Assembly (NCBI GenBank): GCA_903915225.1
Contig: CAIWSB010000051.1
Span: 1-27,774, forward strand
DNA length: 27,774 nt
Reading direction: 5' to 3'
Origin: an uncultured Candidatus Woesearchaeota archaeon
GTDB taxonomy: Archaea; Nanobdellota; Nanobdellia; Woesearchaeales; B29-G15
Shown: positions 15,338 to 23,868 of the stretch, piece after piece
How positions within the stretch are numbered: position 1 is the first letter of the stretch
Layout: each line of letters starts with the position of its first letter
Notes under the pieces: model-generated
Databases searched by the model: none
The model's input: only the letters and a program-made list of their open reading frames with translations
What the model was told of the DNA's origin: nothing
Made by a program: the position numbers and the translations under genes

Positions 15338-18300
15338 TCACCCCTTTTTCCCTTCGGGGTTGATTGTCACAGACACCTTTACATCAGTGGGTGCAGTTTT
15401 GACTTTATTTACAGATTTCTTCTCAACCTTTTTCACAATTTTAGTCTCAACAGGCTTTTTTTCAACTGCATTGAAGATCACAGGCACAGTTATTGTTACT
15501 GGCTTTTTCTCCACGGTGTTTTTCACAGGTTGAACCTTGGACTCCACCTTTTTCACTTGCTGAACCTTGATCTCAACCTTTTTCATGGGTTGTTGCTCCA
15601 CTTTCTTAATTGGCGCAGCCTTTTTAATAGGTTTGGGTTCGGCCTTCTTCACTGGTTCTTCTAGAGTCTCCTCAATTCTCCTTGGCTCAAATGCGCTGGG
15701 TTTTTTCACCTCAAACTCCCGCATTATTCGCTCCTTCATCTTACTTATGTCCTCACCCTGAACAGGCTTGGGCGGGGTCTTGATTACAGGTGCACCGTGA
15801 ATGAAGAACCTCGGCTGGACAGGCTGCGCAATCGGTCCTGTGGGCCTTGACAGAGTTCTGGCAGGCATCATGGGCACTGGCCTTCTTGCTGGCTGCTTTT
15901 TGGTTGCCTTATAGCCGAAGTAGCCCAACAGCACCAGTATTATCAGGATAATAAATATGATGAAAACAATATATAATTTACTAGATGGATGCGAGTTCTC
16001 ATCATGCGGGTCTGTCTTTCCATCTATTTCCGCCTTATCATTGTAGCCATCCCCATCTGTGTCTGCCTTATTGGGGTCAATCTTATACTGGGCGTATTTC
16101 ACCAACTCTTCAAAGTTGGACAGGCCGTCACCATCATTATCCTTTGCTGCATCAGTTGGGTCCTTTGGATTTAGCCCATTGGCAAGCTCCACTTCGTTTG
16201 GGATTCCGTCGCCATCTATGTCCGGATCACATGCATCTCCTTTCTTGTCATTGTCCATGTCCTCCTGTTTTGGGTTGGACACAGAAGGGCAGTTGTCCAC
16301 TGTATCCAGTACTCCATCCCCATCTGCGTCCGTGGAGGATGGGTTTCCTGAGCAGATATTATTGCTGAGGCATTGGCGTGAGAAACAGTCGTTTCCAGAC
16401 TCGCATCGTTTGTCAGCGTCACAGCGCTTTCCATAGTTCACTGCACAGCGCTTGCCACAGTCCACATCAGATTCATAATCTGGATCAAGTACGTTATTTG
16501 AGCAGATTGAAGCATATGATACTTCGCATTTACCTGTGCTTCCGCATGTGAGCCCAGTTGCACAGTCCTCACTGGCAGTGCAATTCTTTCCTGAAGAGCA
16601 TTTTGAGCATGAACCCCCGCAATCCACATCACTCTCACCAGGACCTTTCAGCTTATCGGTGCACGTTGATGTGGTGCATTTCTTGGTAGTTGGGTGGCAC
16701 AGCAAGCCAGATGCACAATCTGTGTCAACTGCGCAGGTCTTGCCAGCCGCACATTTGGGGCAATTCTTGCCGCAGTCAACATCTGTCTCCATACCGATGT
16801 CTAATAGCGAGTTTGCACAAACAGAAGGCTGTTTGGAGGTATCAACCGTGACACCATCACTCTTGCCAGCATAATAACTCCAGATTCCAGCCCCGTTCTG
16901 AGCCTTCACCTGGAAATAATAAGTCTTGCCGTTACTCAGCTTGAGATTGGTGAATGTTTTTTGCTTTGACTTTGTGAACCTCCAGTCCATTACTTTTGAG
17001 TCATTTCTCTTGTTGAATATGGCAACGCTGTAGCCATTGATTTTGGAGAGGGTATCATTTGAGCTCCAGCTACCAGTAAGCTCATCTGTCATCCATGTAT
17101 ACTCATCATTGGTGAGGTCCGTGGAATCATTAACCTGCGGCGTTGCAGGAGGAGTTGTGTCCTTTCCAGTCTGGATAGTGAGCGTGGGCTGGGCTGCAGA
17201 GGTTATGCATCTGACATAAAACGTGTAATCCCCGTCATTCTTACTCACATAGGCACTGTAGAGTGTCTCAGTTAGGTTTGTCATCTCATTTATTATCTGG
17301 TTCGCGTTCTCTGAGTAGAAGCACTTTGTTGCCCGGTTTGAAACAACCGAAAGCCCAATTGGCTTTATGCTCTTATTCACCCAGCGGGGTGTAGTGCTCT
17401 CTATTGTCAAGGGAAGATTCCTGTCCACCTGGACATCAACAGTTGAAACAGTACTCTTTGCCCCAACCGGGTTCTCGCAATAAACATAAAAGCTGTAAAC
17501 CTTGGTGTCGACTGAGAAATTAATCGTCTTGAAATGTTCCCTTCTGTAGTCGTTTGTGTCAAACCCAGGGAAAATGAACCTCATTTTTGCAGGCGTAGCA
17601 TAGCTTGCCTCCCTGTCCCATTTGCATATGGTGGGATCATCGCTAGTCACAACTAGAGAGGATGTGAATGGAACACGGTACACAATAGGCGGATGAGCTG
17701 AAACGTTTATAATCGGGGGGATTGCATCATATCCAATTGTGAAATTTGCAGCAGGGTTTGTTTTTCGCCCCATGGTATCATTGCAGATTACAAAAATGGT
17801 TACATTGCCCCCTTGTGAAAGCTCAGAGAATGCAGCCTTTTTGTGGTATAACCCCCAAACTCCGCCAGTGGTGTTCACAGTTAGGGGTTTCATTAGGTCA
17901 AATGGCACCTTTATGCTGTCCATATACCTACATCTGGCCATTTCGTCTGTCTTGAAAACTAGGTCAAATGGAACTGTACTGACAACTCCCCATTTTGGCT
18001 TAAATAAGGAAACTGAAGGTGCCCGGGCATTAACTGTAAAAGAATGGAGCCCGGATAAAGGTGGCCGCCCCGCGGAAGTTGCTGTCGCTTGGATTGTGTA
18101 AAGCCCGTCTTTGGGGGCAAACATGCGGGTTTTCTTGTAAGTCCTGTCGTTAACCCTGGTCATGGTGAGGTTAATTGGCTTATCAAGCCCAATCAGCTGC
18201 ACGAGGAATTTTGTGGGAGCTTGAATGAAGGTTACAGTTATATTAAATGTATCCTTTGTAATAACCGAGCCCTCATTGGGAGTGGCCGGCTGGGTGACTA

Positions 18301-18646
18301 TAATTACATCTTTAGTCTGGTTGTTCACTTCAAACTCAAAGGAAGCATAATTCGCCATCTCATTCCCTATGTCATCCCGGGCCTTGACCTTTAGCACATA
18401 ATCACCGTTGTTAAGCTGGGGGGAATTCAGCACAAAGTAATTCCTTGCCTCTGTAACAATTCTGCTCTTGACGTCAATTGCAGCCCCTGTAGCCGGTTGG
18501 ATATATGCCTCTGTGATAGTTACCGGGTCATTTTCAGATGTAAAATCAATAGTAAATGAGGGGGTATTGCTTGAGACAACTACATACGCGCCTGCTGGGC
18601 TAGCAAGTAAGATAAGCAACAAAAGCAAAATTGTTGTTTTTTTCAT
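15338..18646 (-). CDS. Giant modular surface protein: Sec signal, Ig/Fn3-like domains, 3x 8-Cys repeats, TSP3 calcium-binding repeats, TM anchor, Lys-rich cytoplasmic tail
   Basis: Start set at the ATG at 18646 (MKKTTILLLLLILLASPAGA), which has an AAGGTGA SD; the track start at 18655 is a GTG. Fn3-like GKTYYFQVKAQNGAG. Three repeats with E[ST]DVDCG..C..C. D-x-D-x-DGDG motifs (DADGDGVLD, DIDGDGIPN, DNDGDGLSNFEE, DTDGDGYND). TM helix LYIVFIIFIILIILVLLGYFGY. Confidence 0.85.
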   Translation of the reverse strand: MKKTTILLLLLILLASPAGAYVVVSSNTPSFTIDFTSENDPVTITEAYIQPATGAAIDVKSRIVTEARNYFVLNSPQLNNGDYVLKVKARDDIGNEMANYASFEFEVNNQTKDVIIVTQPATPNEGSVITKDTFNITVTFIQAPTKFLVQLIGLDKPINLTMTRVNDRTYKKTRMFAPKDGLYTIQATATSAGRPPLSGLHSFTVNARAPSVSLFKPKWGVVSTVPFDLVFKTDEMARCRYMDSIKVPFDLMKPLTVNTTGGVWGLYHKKAAFSELSQGGNVTIFVICNDTMGRKTNPAANFTIGYDAIPPIINVSAHPPIVYRVPFTSSLVVTSDDPTICKWDREASYATPAKMRFIFPGFDTNDYRREHFKTINFSVDTKVYSFYVYCENPVGAKSTVSTVDVQVDRNLPLTIESTTPRWVNKSIKPIGLSVVSNRATKCFYSENANQIINEMTNLTETLYSAYVSKNDGDYTFYVRCITSAAQPTLTIQTGKDTTPPATPQVNDSTDLTNDEYTWMTDELTGSWSSNDTLSKINGYSVAIFNKRNDSKVMDWRFTKSKQKTFTNLKLSNGKTYYFQVKAQNGAGIWSYYAGKSDGVTVDTSKQPSVCANSLLDIGMETDVDCGKNCPKCAAGKTCAVDTDCASGLLCHPTTKKCTTSTCTDKLKGPGESDVDCGGSCSKCSSGKNCTASEDCATGLTCGSTGKCEVSYASICSNNVLDPDYESDVDCGKRCAVNYGKRCDADKRCESGNDCFSRQCLSNNICSGNPSSTDADGDGVLDTVDNCPSVSNPKQEDMDNDKKGDACDPDIDGDGIPNEVELANGLNPKDPTDAAKDNDGDGLSNFEELVKYAQYKIDPNKADTDGDGYNDKAEIDGKTDPHDENSHPSSKLYIVFIIFIILIILVLLGYFGYKATKKQPARRPVPMMPARTLSRPTGPIAQPVQPRFFIHGAPVIKTPPKPVQGEDISKMKERIMREFEVKKPSAFEPRRIEETLEEPVKKAEPKPIKKAAPIKKVEQQPMKKVEIKVQQVKKVESKVQPVKNTVEKKPVTITVPVIFNAVEKKPVETKIVKKVEKKSVNKVKTAPTDVKVSVTINPEGKKG
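15401..15658 (-). repeat. Degenerate Lys/Val/Pro-rich coding repeats in the cytoplasmic tail
   Basis: Protein sequence: KKAEPKPIKKAAPIKKVEQQPMKKVEIKVQQVKKVESKVQPVKNTVEKKPV...VEKKPVETKIVKKVEKK. The plus-strand DNA repeats the unit CTC[AC]ACCTTTTTCA at least three times. Confidence 0.7.
16352..16819 (-). repeat. Three tandem coding repeats of an 8-cysteine module (about 48 aa each)
   Basis: Track aa 613-660, 665-710 and 718-768 share the spacing C-x13/14-C-x3-C-x2(7)-C-x5-C-x5-C-x4/5-C-x5/6-C and an [ED][ST]DVDCG core. Confidence 0.8.
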
Positions 18647-18651
18647 TATGT

Positions 18652-21600
18652 TCACCTTAACCCAATTACTGGTGCTACTGGTGGAGTCCTGTCAAGGATA
18701 ATCTCATAGGGCTCTATTGCAGTTGCGCCAAGCCTATTTGTGGCATTGAAAACCACCCGGTTCATCCCGTCAATCAAATAGACATATTTCGTGAATGGGA
18801 CATTATGCCCGCGCCCCGGAGGTATAATGTAAGTATAAGGTGGGGTTGAACGAATTGAGATAAAGGCAAGTGTGACATTTGAGCCAGTGTCCTCTATGTA
18901 TCCACTTGCCTCCTGCTGTTGTAGCCTCACCTTGAATGTATTCCTTGGCCAAGATGCCACAACAATTCTTGGGGCCTGCCTCTCAACCCTGAAGCTGGAG
19001 AATTCCTGCAGCTTATTTCCCCTGGTGTCAATGCTGGTAATCTTTGCTGTGTAACGACCATCTGACATGAGGCTGCTTGGCCTGAATACAAGTGTAGTGC
19101 TATCTTTCCAAACAAGTGTTCCTGAGACGTTTAATGATTCCCAGAAGAGCTGTATTTTCGAACCAGTAGAGTTCCTGTTCAACGTTACAAACTCGCTCAC
19201 TGGATGGAAAAACACAGTGACATTCCTCACAATAGCCCTCACTGCCCCTTCAGGGGGTATCACATCAAAGGTGGGTGCACCTGAGACAAAGGTGAAGCTT
19301 TGGATATCAGAATCAGGGCTGGGGTTCTCTGCTAGGTCATACGCCCTAACAAAAACCTTGTAATCCCCTTGAGCGTGAAGAATAATCGGAGTAGAGCTCA
19401 GGTTGAACTTATTCGCTGAGTTTACAAGCGCAGTGGCAACCTGCTCATACGGCCCCGAGCCCAGCTTGAGGTATACCTTCAAAGTTGTTCCTGCTTCTGC
19501 TGTGCCTGAGAGCTTGAGGCGGTTTGTATCTGTGTAAGATGGGATTGCATTGAGGATTGGTTTAGCAGGGTGTTCTGTATCAAGGTAAACCCTTATTCTA
19601 GATTGCCTCGCAGGAAGGTTTTCTGCAACAACTTCTATTGTGAACTCTTTCCATCCCTGGATGTTTGGTAGGTTAATTGTTTCTTCTCGGGTCATACTCT
19701 TTAGTGGAGGGCTGCCTGTGGTGTAAACATAGAACTGCTTTACAACCGCTCCATTGATATCCTTAAGTATAATGCTATTTATCCTCTCAAATGAGTCCAC
19801 ATAAATCCTGAACTTTGGTGTGGTGTAATTGATGTATGAGTTGTTCCCGGGGTAATAAAGGAAAATCCCTATCCCGCCTATATTGTGGGTTGAGAGTTTG
19901 ATGTTTGCGGTGTTAATAACCTCAACGTTCTTGCTGGGGTCAACTGCGAAATACTTTATTGTGTTATCACCTAAGCTAAGCTTGCCCTGTGAGATAAGGT
20001 CTTCAACCTTCATGGAGGCCTTTGTCATGTTGAAATATGAGCCTGGGTCTGAGTTAATGCCCTTATATCCAAACGTCCCGCATTCTGTTGAACCGGTGTA
20101 GGAGCACAGAAGTAGCTGGTATCCCCTTCCCAAACTTACTGGTCTTTCAACTCCCTGGGACTCGGTTTTGTCAAGAACACTAAAAGTTATGTTATCGTTA
20201 GTGAAGAGCCACACAGTAGAAGCCAAGGTGGAATGTGGAGGGTACCTGTCACGCTGGCACGCAAGGTCAGTTTCCCCGCAGTCAGGGGAACCGTCGCCAT
20301 TTGCATCCTTAACACAGTGTGTTTTAGTTGGTGCCTGAGCACATGCCCTTATTCCCCCATCACAAAGGCTGCTCCCAGTAGTTATCTGATTACTGTTGCC
20401 AAGTTCTATTGCCGCAGCACAATCTGTTTGGAGGGTAACCCCCTCGCAGGTGAAATCCCTGCAGGTTAAGCCGCCTGGTCCACATGGGAAATTCTCAACC
20501 TCCAATGCATTGCGCTTCTCTTGACTGCACCTGTTAAAGATAAAATTGTGGGCATCCAGGCTTTGCACAGCGCTAGTACCCTGGGATTCGCAGTATTTGC
20601 AATTGTCCCTTCCTTTGGTAACACAAACCCCCATGCCCAGGGCCTGGTTCGTCCAGTTCCAATTGCAGTCTAGAACACCTGCTGCTCGGCAATTGTTTGC
20701 CTCGCATGCCTCTTCTGATTTGTAATCATAGCAATCCATCAGCGGGTTGCAATCATAGCACTTATTGACCAAAGTTTGCGACTTGTCATAAAAGCAATAC
20801 TTGGGCTCCCCATTCTTTGTTTCACACTGATCCTCTGAGGTGGTAAACATTCCAAATGGCTGCACACCCTCACAGGGGCCTCTCGCATAGCATTGTGGCT
20901 GGTATGTGCTATCAATCACGCAAGTCTTGCCAGTTGCAGAGCAGTTTCTGTTTAAGTGCGCCTTGTTGCTTGCATTGCATGTATAAGAATTGAAGAAATA
21001 AGAGCTAAATGTGGTGTTAATCCATGCGCGGAGATTGGCTGGGGTTATTCCCAGGATGTTTTGGAAATAGTAAGAGAAGCTTGGCCGCTCTGAAGATACC
21101 AGCGTAAAGTAGTTTGGGGCAACGCAGAATGGCCTGCTGTCAAAGACGCCCCAGCACAGGGTATCCCCCAGTTTTATGTTAACCCTTCTAGAAAAGTCCA
21201 CATTCCTGTTCCCAGAAAGAAGGTAAGTTGCTGTGACATTATATTGGTATTCCTTCCCCCACTTCAAGATTGAGCCGTTATCCACATAACTCAAACCAAC
21301 GTAGTCCTTTACAATTTCCTGGTGGCCCAGTGTACCTATCTCTTTTCTTTCAATCCTGTAGAATTTCGGTCGGTAGCCGCAATTTGGGGCAGAAAAGCTC
21401 AAGTCAACAAGCTTCTGGCCCTTTCTAGGGGAAGCCAGAACAAACGGGGCAGGGTCAGGGCACACAGAGGGGTCAATATAATCAGGTAATGGTTCCTGAG
21501 GGAAACTGGCATTGTACCTCTCGCAATAGTCCCTGTCGCAAGGGCCTTGCATCTGTGAGTCATTAGTCCATATTCCCTTCTTGCATGCTGGCTCAACTCT

Positions 21601-21891
21601 TCTTAGAGGCAATGGATTACAACAGCAGCCAATGGTGCAGTTGTCTACTCGGGTGCAGTCAACTCCTGGCTTGAAATACCTCTCAACACAGGCCTGTTGA
21701 TCAGGGGCCCCTTCAATACCATATGCGGTGGGGTTATCTGGGCAGCATTGGGCTTGCGTTACAGGCAATAAGCAGACTATCGTCTTGGCGTTGAGGCAAC
21801 ACCCAGTTGCATCCTCTGCCCTCACAGCCACTGCCGCGCAGGCAATGGCAAGTAGCACCGATACCAAAAAAATCGCATTTGATAGTCTCAT
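18652..21891 (-). CDS. Giant secreted cysteine-rich protein (1079 aa) with an Ig-like C-terminal half
   Basis: Sec-type signal (AIFLVSVLLAIACAAVAVRA). About 44 Cys fall in aa 31-545 and only 2 after that. The C-terminal half is beta-rich with Big-like boundaries (DTEHPAKP, LDRTPPVAP). Many N-x-S/T sequons. A GGTGG SD precedes the ATG. Confidence 0.85.
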   Translation of the reverse strand: MRLSNAIFLVSVLLAIACAAVAVRAEDATGCCLNAKTIVCLLPVTQAQCCPDNPTAYGIEGAPDQQACVERYFKPGVDCTRVDNCTIGCCCNPLPLRRVEPACKKGIWTNDSQMQGPCDRDYCERYNASFPQEPLPDYIDPSVCPDPAPFVLASPRKGQKLVDLSFSAPNCGYRPKFYRIERKEIGTLGHQEIVKDYVGLSYVDNGSILKWGKEYQYNVTATYLLSGNRNVDFSRRVNIKLGDTLCWGVFDSRPFCVAPNYFTLVSSERPSFSYYFQNILGITPANLRAWINTTFSSYFFNSYTCNASNKAHLNRNCSATGKTCVIDSTYQPQCYARGPCEGVQPFGMFTTSEDQCETKNGEPKYCFYDKSQTLVNKCYDCNPLMDCYDYKSEEACEANNCRAAGVLDCNWNWTNQALGMGVCVTKGRDNCKYCESQGTSAVQSLDAHNFIFNRCSQEKRNALEVENFPCGPGGLTCRDFTCEGVTLQTDCAAAIELGNSNQITTGSSLCDGGIRACAQAPTKTHCVKDANGDGSPDCGETDLACQRDRYPPHSTLASTVWLFTNDNITFSVLDKTESQGVERPVSLGRGYQLLLCSYTGSTECGTFGYKGINSDPGSYFNMTKASMKVEDLISQGKLSLGDNTIKYFAVDPSKNVEVINTANIKLSTHNIGGIGIFLYYPGNNSYINYTTPKFRIYVDSFERINSIILKDINGAVVKQFYVYTTGSPPLKSMTREETINLPNIQGWKEFTIEVVAENLPARQSRIRVYLDTEHPAKPILNAIPSYTDTNRLKLSGTAEAGTTLKVYLKLGSGPYEQVATALVNSANKFNLSSTPIILHAQGDYKVFVRAYDLAENPSPDSDIQSFTFVSGAPTFDVIPPEGAVRAIVRNVTVFFHPVSEFVTLNRNSTGSKIQLFWESLNVSGTLVWKDSTTLVFRPSSLMSDGRYTAKITSIDTRGNKLQEFSSFRVERQAPRIVVASWPRNTFKVRLQQQEASGYIEDTGSNVTLAFISIRSTPPYTYIIPPGRGHNVPFTKYVYLIDGMNRVVFNATNRLGATAIEPYEIILDRTPPVAPVIGLR

Positions 21892-21901
21892 TCAAACCAC
21901 C

Positions 21902-23698
21902 TTAGCATGGAATCACGACTCTCGCATTTGTGCTGTTTGATGCCCCAAAGGAATCTGTGACAGAGAAAGTAATATTGTATACGCCCGTATTATTAGTAAA
22001 CCAAACGTTCCACCAATGGGTTATGCCTGTAGTATACCTTGTACCTATATTGTAATCAAGTGTTGGACCATGGAAGTCGAGGGTAAGGTTGAGCGGATCC
22101 TTATACGAATCCTCTAGGTTAGTGGTCTCAACCTTGTAGACAAACCAACCCGATACTGGGTCTTCCCCTGTGCATGAAACCCTAACATTGCTTGGGGGAG
22201 AATTAAAAAGCTTGATTGGGACGACAACCGTGTCGTTATAGTTGGGGTTATCTCGCTCAAAGAACTTTAAACTTAGCGTTGTTTGCATACCGTTATCAAA
22301 TTCAGACTCATTGTTGTATTCGCAGGCCTGGCCCCAATCACAGTTTGATGTCTTGAAATCCCAGTCAATGGGATCATCATCAGGGTCATACGCCGGGCGG
22401 TAATTCCCTTGGGCGCCAGTTGAGTTTTTGTAGGCATTAAAAATGCAGGCAACTGCTTGCCTGTTCATCTGCTTAAAGACCCTGGCAGAGAGAACGTTTA
22501 AAGGAGTGTCAAAAACCCCACCGCAATTGGGGAGGTTAAGATAGGATTTCAGTCCGGGCACTGCACTAAGGTTTCTGTAGTGAATGTAAGCCGCAGAGGG
22601 TGGAGAATTAGGGATTGCAGCGAAAAATCTGTAAGTCTCGTATTCCGCCTGGTTCTGTTTTGGAATCCAGGACTGATTGTCCTCAAAGACCACTACATCC
22701 ACCTTTTTTTCATCCACGTCCCGTATAAGGTTGATTAAGCTAATGTTTTCCGACGAAACAGTGGAACTCAGATTATAACTGTAATCCTCTGCCTCTTTTC
22801 TCAAAATATCGTTCACGTATTTATATATTTTTCCAAACCTCACCCTCGAACTTATTGAGAATTTGTTTAGCAAAGTTGATTTGCCAGATTCAGTTACGTT
22901 ATTTTGAACAGTCAGGGGGCACATCATCTCAACCGAGGTGAACTCCTCTGAGAAGGTTGGATTTACCGACAAATTTCCAATCCGCTTTACAACCAGCCCC
23001 TTTTTCCTCAATTCCTCAAAATTCAGGCATTTGGTAATATTTCTGGCAATAAACTCTGCCAATGATGCCCGGATTTTCATCTTTGGGGACATCAAGGGTT
23101 GGATCCAACCAACCTGGCGAGCTACCCCTTCGTTCTCATAAAGCCCAGGGAGGTTTAGCTGGTTGAGCATTCTCGCATTGCTGACCATGTTCCCTGATAA
23201 ATCATGAGCCATTGAATCGCCAACCTCGGGGCCGAAAGCAATGATTTCTGAGTTCTCTCCCTCAAATGGGAATGTAATTGATGGGCAGCGTTCATAGGAG
23301 AATAAATCAGTTCCAATATCTCTAGGACAACATGAGAGTCCATAGGTTAATGTCCCTGGAAAGATAGAGTACCATATCCATCTACCCCCATAATCTAAAG
23401 CAAAATCCTCTGTTTTGAAGGAGTCCGGCACCGTGCCCCCTTGGCTTTCGTATATTACCCCCCCTTGCTTGCCCAGGAGTATTAAACCATTTAGAGTGGA
23501 GTCCATAAGGCATTGCTGAACGAACTCAATAACTGGCTCTACCTTGGGCGGCAAGTCTGGCAGCTGCGGGCTCTTCAGGAAAGGGAGTCTTAAGGCAATG
23601 ATTAATCCTGCACCCAGAATCACAACAACTGCAATTATTAGGAAGAAAGAGACCTGGGCCCTTTTATCTCCAAGCGCCTCATTTTCTTCATTGCTCAC
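21902..23698 (-). CDS. Large pilin-like protein (598 aa) with class III signal peptide and a PKD/Ig-like C-terminus
   Basis: GTG start with a GAGGTGG SD about 5 nt upstream. N-terminus GDKRA|QVSFFLIIAVVVILGAGLII. The C-terminal YNITFSVTDSFGASNSTNARVVI resembles the last strands of a PKD domain. Confidence 0.75.
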   Translation of the reverse strand: MSNEENEALGDKRAQVSFFLIIAVVVILGAGLIIALRLPFLKSPQLPDLPPKVEPVIEFVQQCLMDSTLNGLILLGKQGGVIYESQGGTVPDSFKTEDFALDYGGRWIWYSIFPGTLTYGLSCCPRDIGTDLFSYERCPSITFPFEGENSEIIAFGPEVGDSMAHDLSGNMVSNARMLNQLNLPGLYENEGVARQVGWIQPLMSPKMKIRASLAEFIARNITKCLNFEELRKKGLVVKRIGNLSVNPTFSEEFTSVEMMCPLTVQNNVTESGKSTLLNKFSISSRVRFGKIYKYVNDILRKEAEDYSYNLSSTVSSENISLINLIRDVDEKKVDVVVFEDNQSWIPKQNQAEYETYRFFAAIPNSPPSAAYIHYRNLSAVPGLKSYLNLPNCGGVFDTPLNVLSARVFKQMNRQAVACIFNAYKNSTGAQGNYRPAYDPDDDPIDWDFKTSNCDWGQACEYNNESEFDNGMQTTLSLKFFERDNPNYNDTVVVPIKLFNSPPSNVRVSCTGEDPVSGWFVYKVETTNLEDSYKDPLNLTLDFHGPTLDYNIGTRYTTGITHWWNVWFTNNTGVYNITFSVTDSFGASNSTNARVVIPC

Positions 23699-23749
23699 AG
23701 GACCACCTCTTTGAGGGAAAAAGGCAGGTTTAGAATATTTAAAGGTTTC

Positions 23750-23868
23750 GCCGGCCAGACAGAACCTCCAGAGAGGTGGCTGGCCGTGTCCTCAGACACC
23801 ATCCACGCCTCGCAAGGTGTGTGGCCGCGCCTGATGCACGGCGTTAGCCACGCTGAGGCACGCGCCGA
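23750..23868. other. GC-rich (about 67%) hairpin-dense intergenic element; candidate structured RNA or 3' UTR
   Basis: Nested hairpin CGGCCAG...ACCTC-CAGA-GAGGT...CTGGCCG (23752-23786). Further hairpins: GTGTC-CTCA-GACAC (23786-23799), CCAC/GCCT-CGCA-AGGT/GTGG (23803-23824) and GCGCC-N8-GGCGT (23827-23844). Flanking sequence is roughly 40-45% GC. Confidence 0.35.

Noticed and set aside
15401-15658. Short direct DNA repeats as a CRISPR array or minisatellite
   Set aside because: The repeats are degenerate, in frame and inside a long ORF, where they encode the KKVE/KKPV motif. They are not regularly spaced by unique spacers.
15020-15761. Plus-strand ORFs (214, 72 and 64 aa) across the 334-aa gene start and the Lys-rich tail
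   Set aside because: They are antisense artefacts of the repetitive AAG/AAA-rich coding region (Phe/Leu-rich translation). They overlap well-supported minus-strand genes.
23750-23868. GC-rich element as 5S rRNA, a tRNA or split-tRNA half, a C/D-box sRNA or RNase P RNA
   Set aside because: There is no T-loop (GTTCRAATC) or cloverleaf, and no 5S loop motifs. Only a weak C-box-like CTGATGC and one CTGA about 15 nt apart are present, without the C'/D' arrangement. It is far too short for RNase P or SRP RNA. I kept it only as an unclassified candidate.
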